Below are positions 63,880-64,000 of a stretch of DNA of 64,000 nt, one piece after another. The DNA comes from Octopus vulgaris (Eukaryota): contig OX597815.1 in NCBI GenBank assembly GCA_951406725.2, positions 137,888,001-137,952,000 on the forward strand, in the 5' to 3' direction. The position numbers were made by a program, and so were the translations under genes. A model generated the notes under the pieces. That model saw nothing but the letters and a program-made list of their open reading frames with translations. It was not told the DNA's origin and did no database searches. The first letter of the stretch is position 1. The number at the start of each line of letters is the position of its first letter.

Positions 63880-64000
63880 TGGTGCATGTGTGGCTGAATG
63901 TCGAAGAAGTTTGTTTCTTAATCATATGGTTCTGGGTTCAATCCCTTCGTGTAGCACCTTCAGCAAATATTTTCTATTACAGTTCCAGGTCAGACAAATC
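63880..64000 (+). mobile_element. tRNA-derived SINE head (runs off the window end)
   Basis: tgtggctgaatgtcgaagaagttt..atggttctgggttcaatccc..caccttcagcaaat resembles the 33552 family. Confidence 0.65.

Overview
AT-rich, repeat-dense eukaryotic DNA. The SINE/LINE tails and microsatellite load suggest an octopus (coleoid cephalopod) genome; this is inferred from repeat style, not from a search. The only host gene I can support is a minus-strand GRB2/Drk-family SH3-SH2-SH3 adaptor. Four coding exons (28463-28560, 16563-16706, 14692-14860, 9606-9776) splice in frame via GT-AG introns into 193 aa plus stop. The first coding exon was not found and probably lies beyond 64000. The rest is decayed mobile DNA: CR1-like and RTE-like LINEs, tRNA-derived SINEs, DD37D maT, mariner, Tigger, hAT, Chapaev and Helitron remnants, MITEs, microsatellites and a 7x48-bp minisatellite. 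The most notable signal is a set of type I hammerhead-ribozyme motifs in inverted (Penelope pLTR-like) structures. One has an essentially complete core (24022-24147). A tRNA-headed SINE-like family carries a hammerhead in its body and occurs as fold-back palindromes (63226-63613 and 10991-11225).
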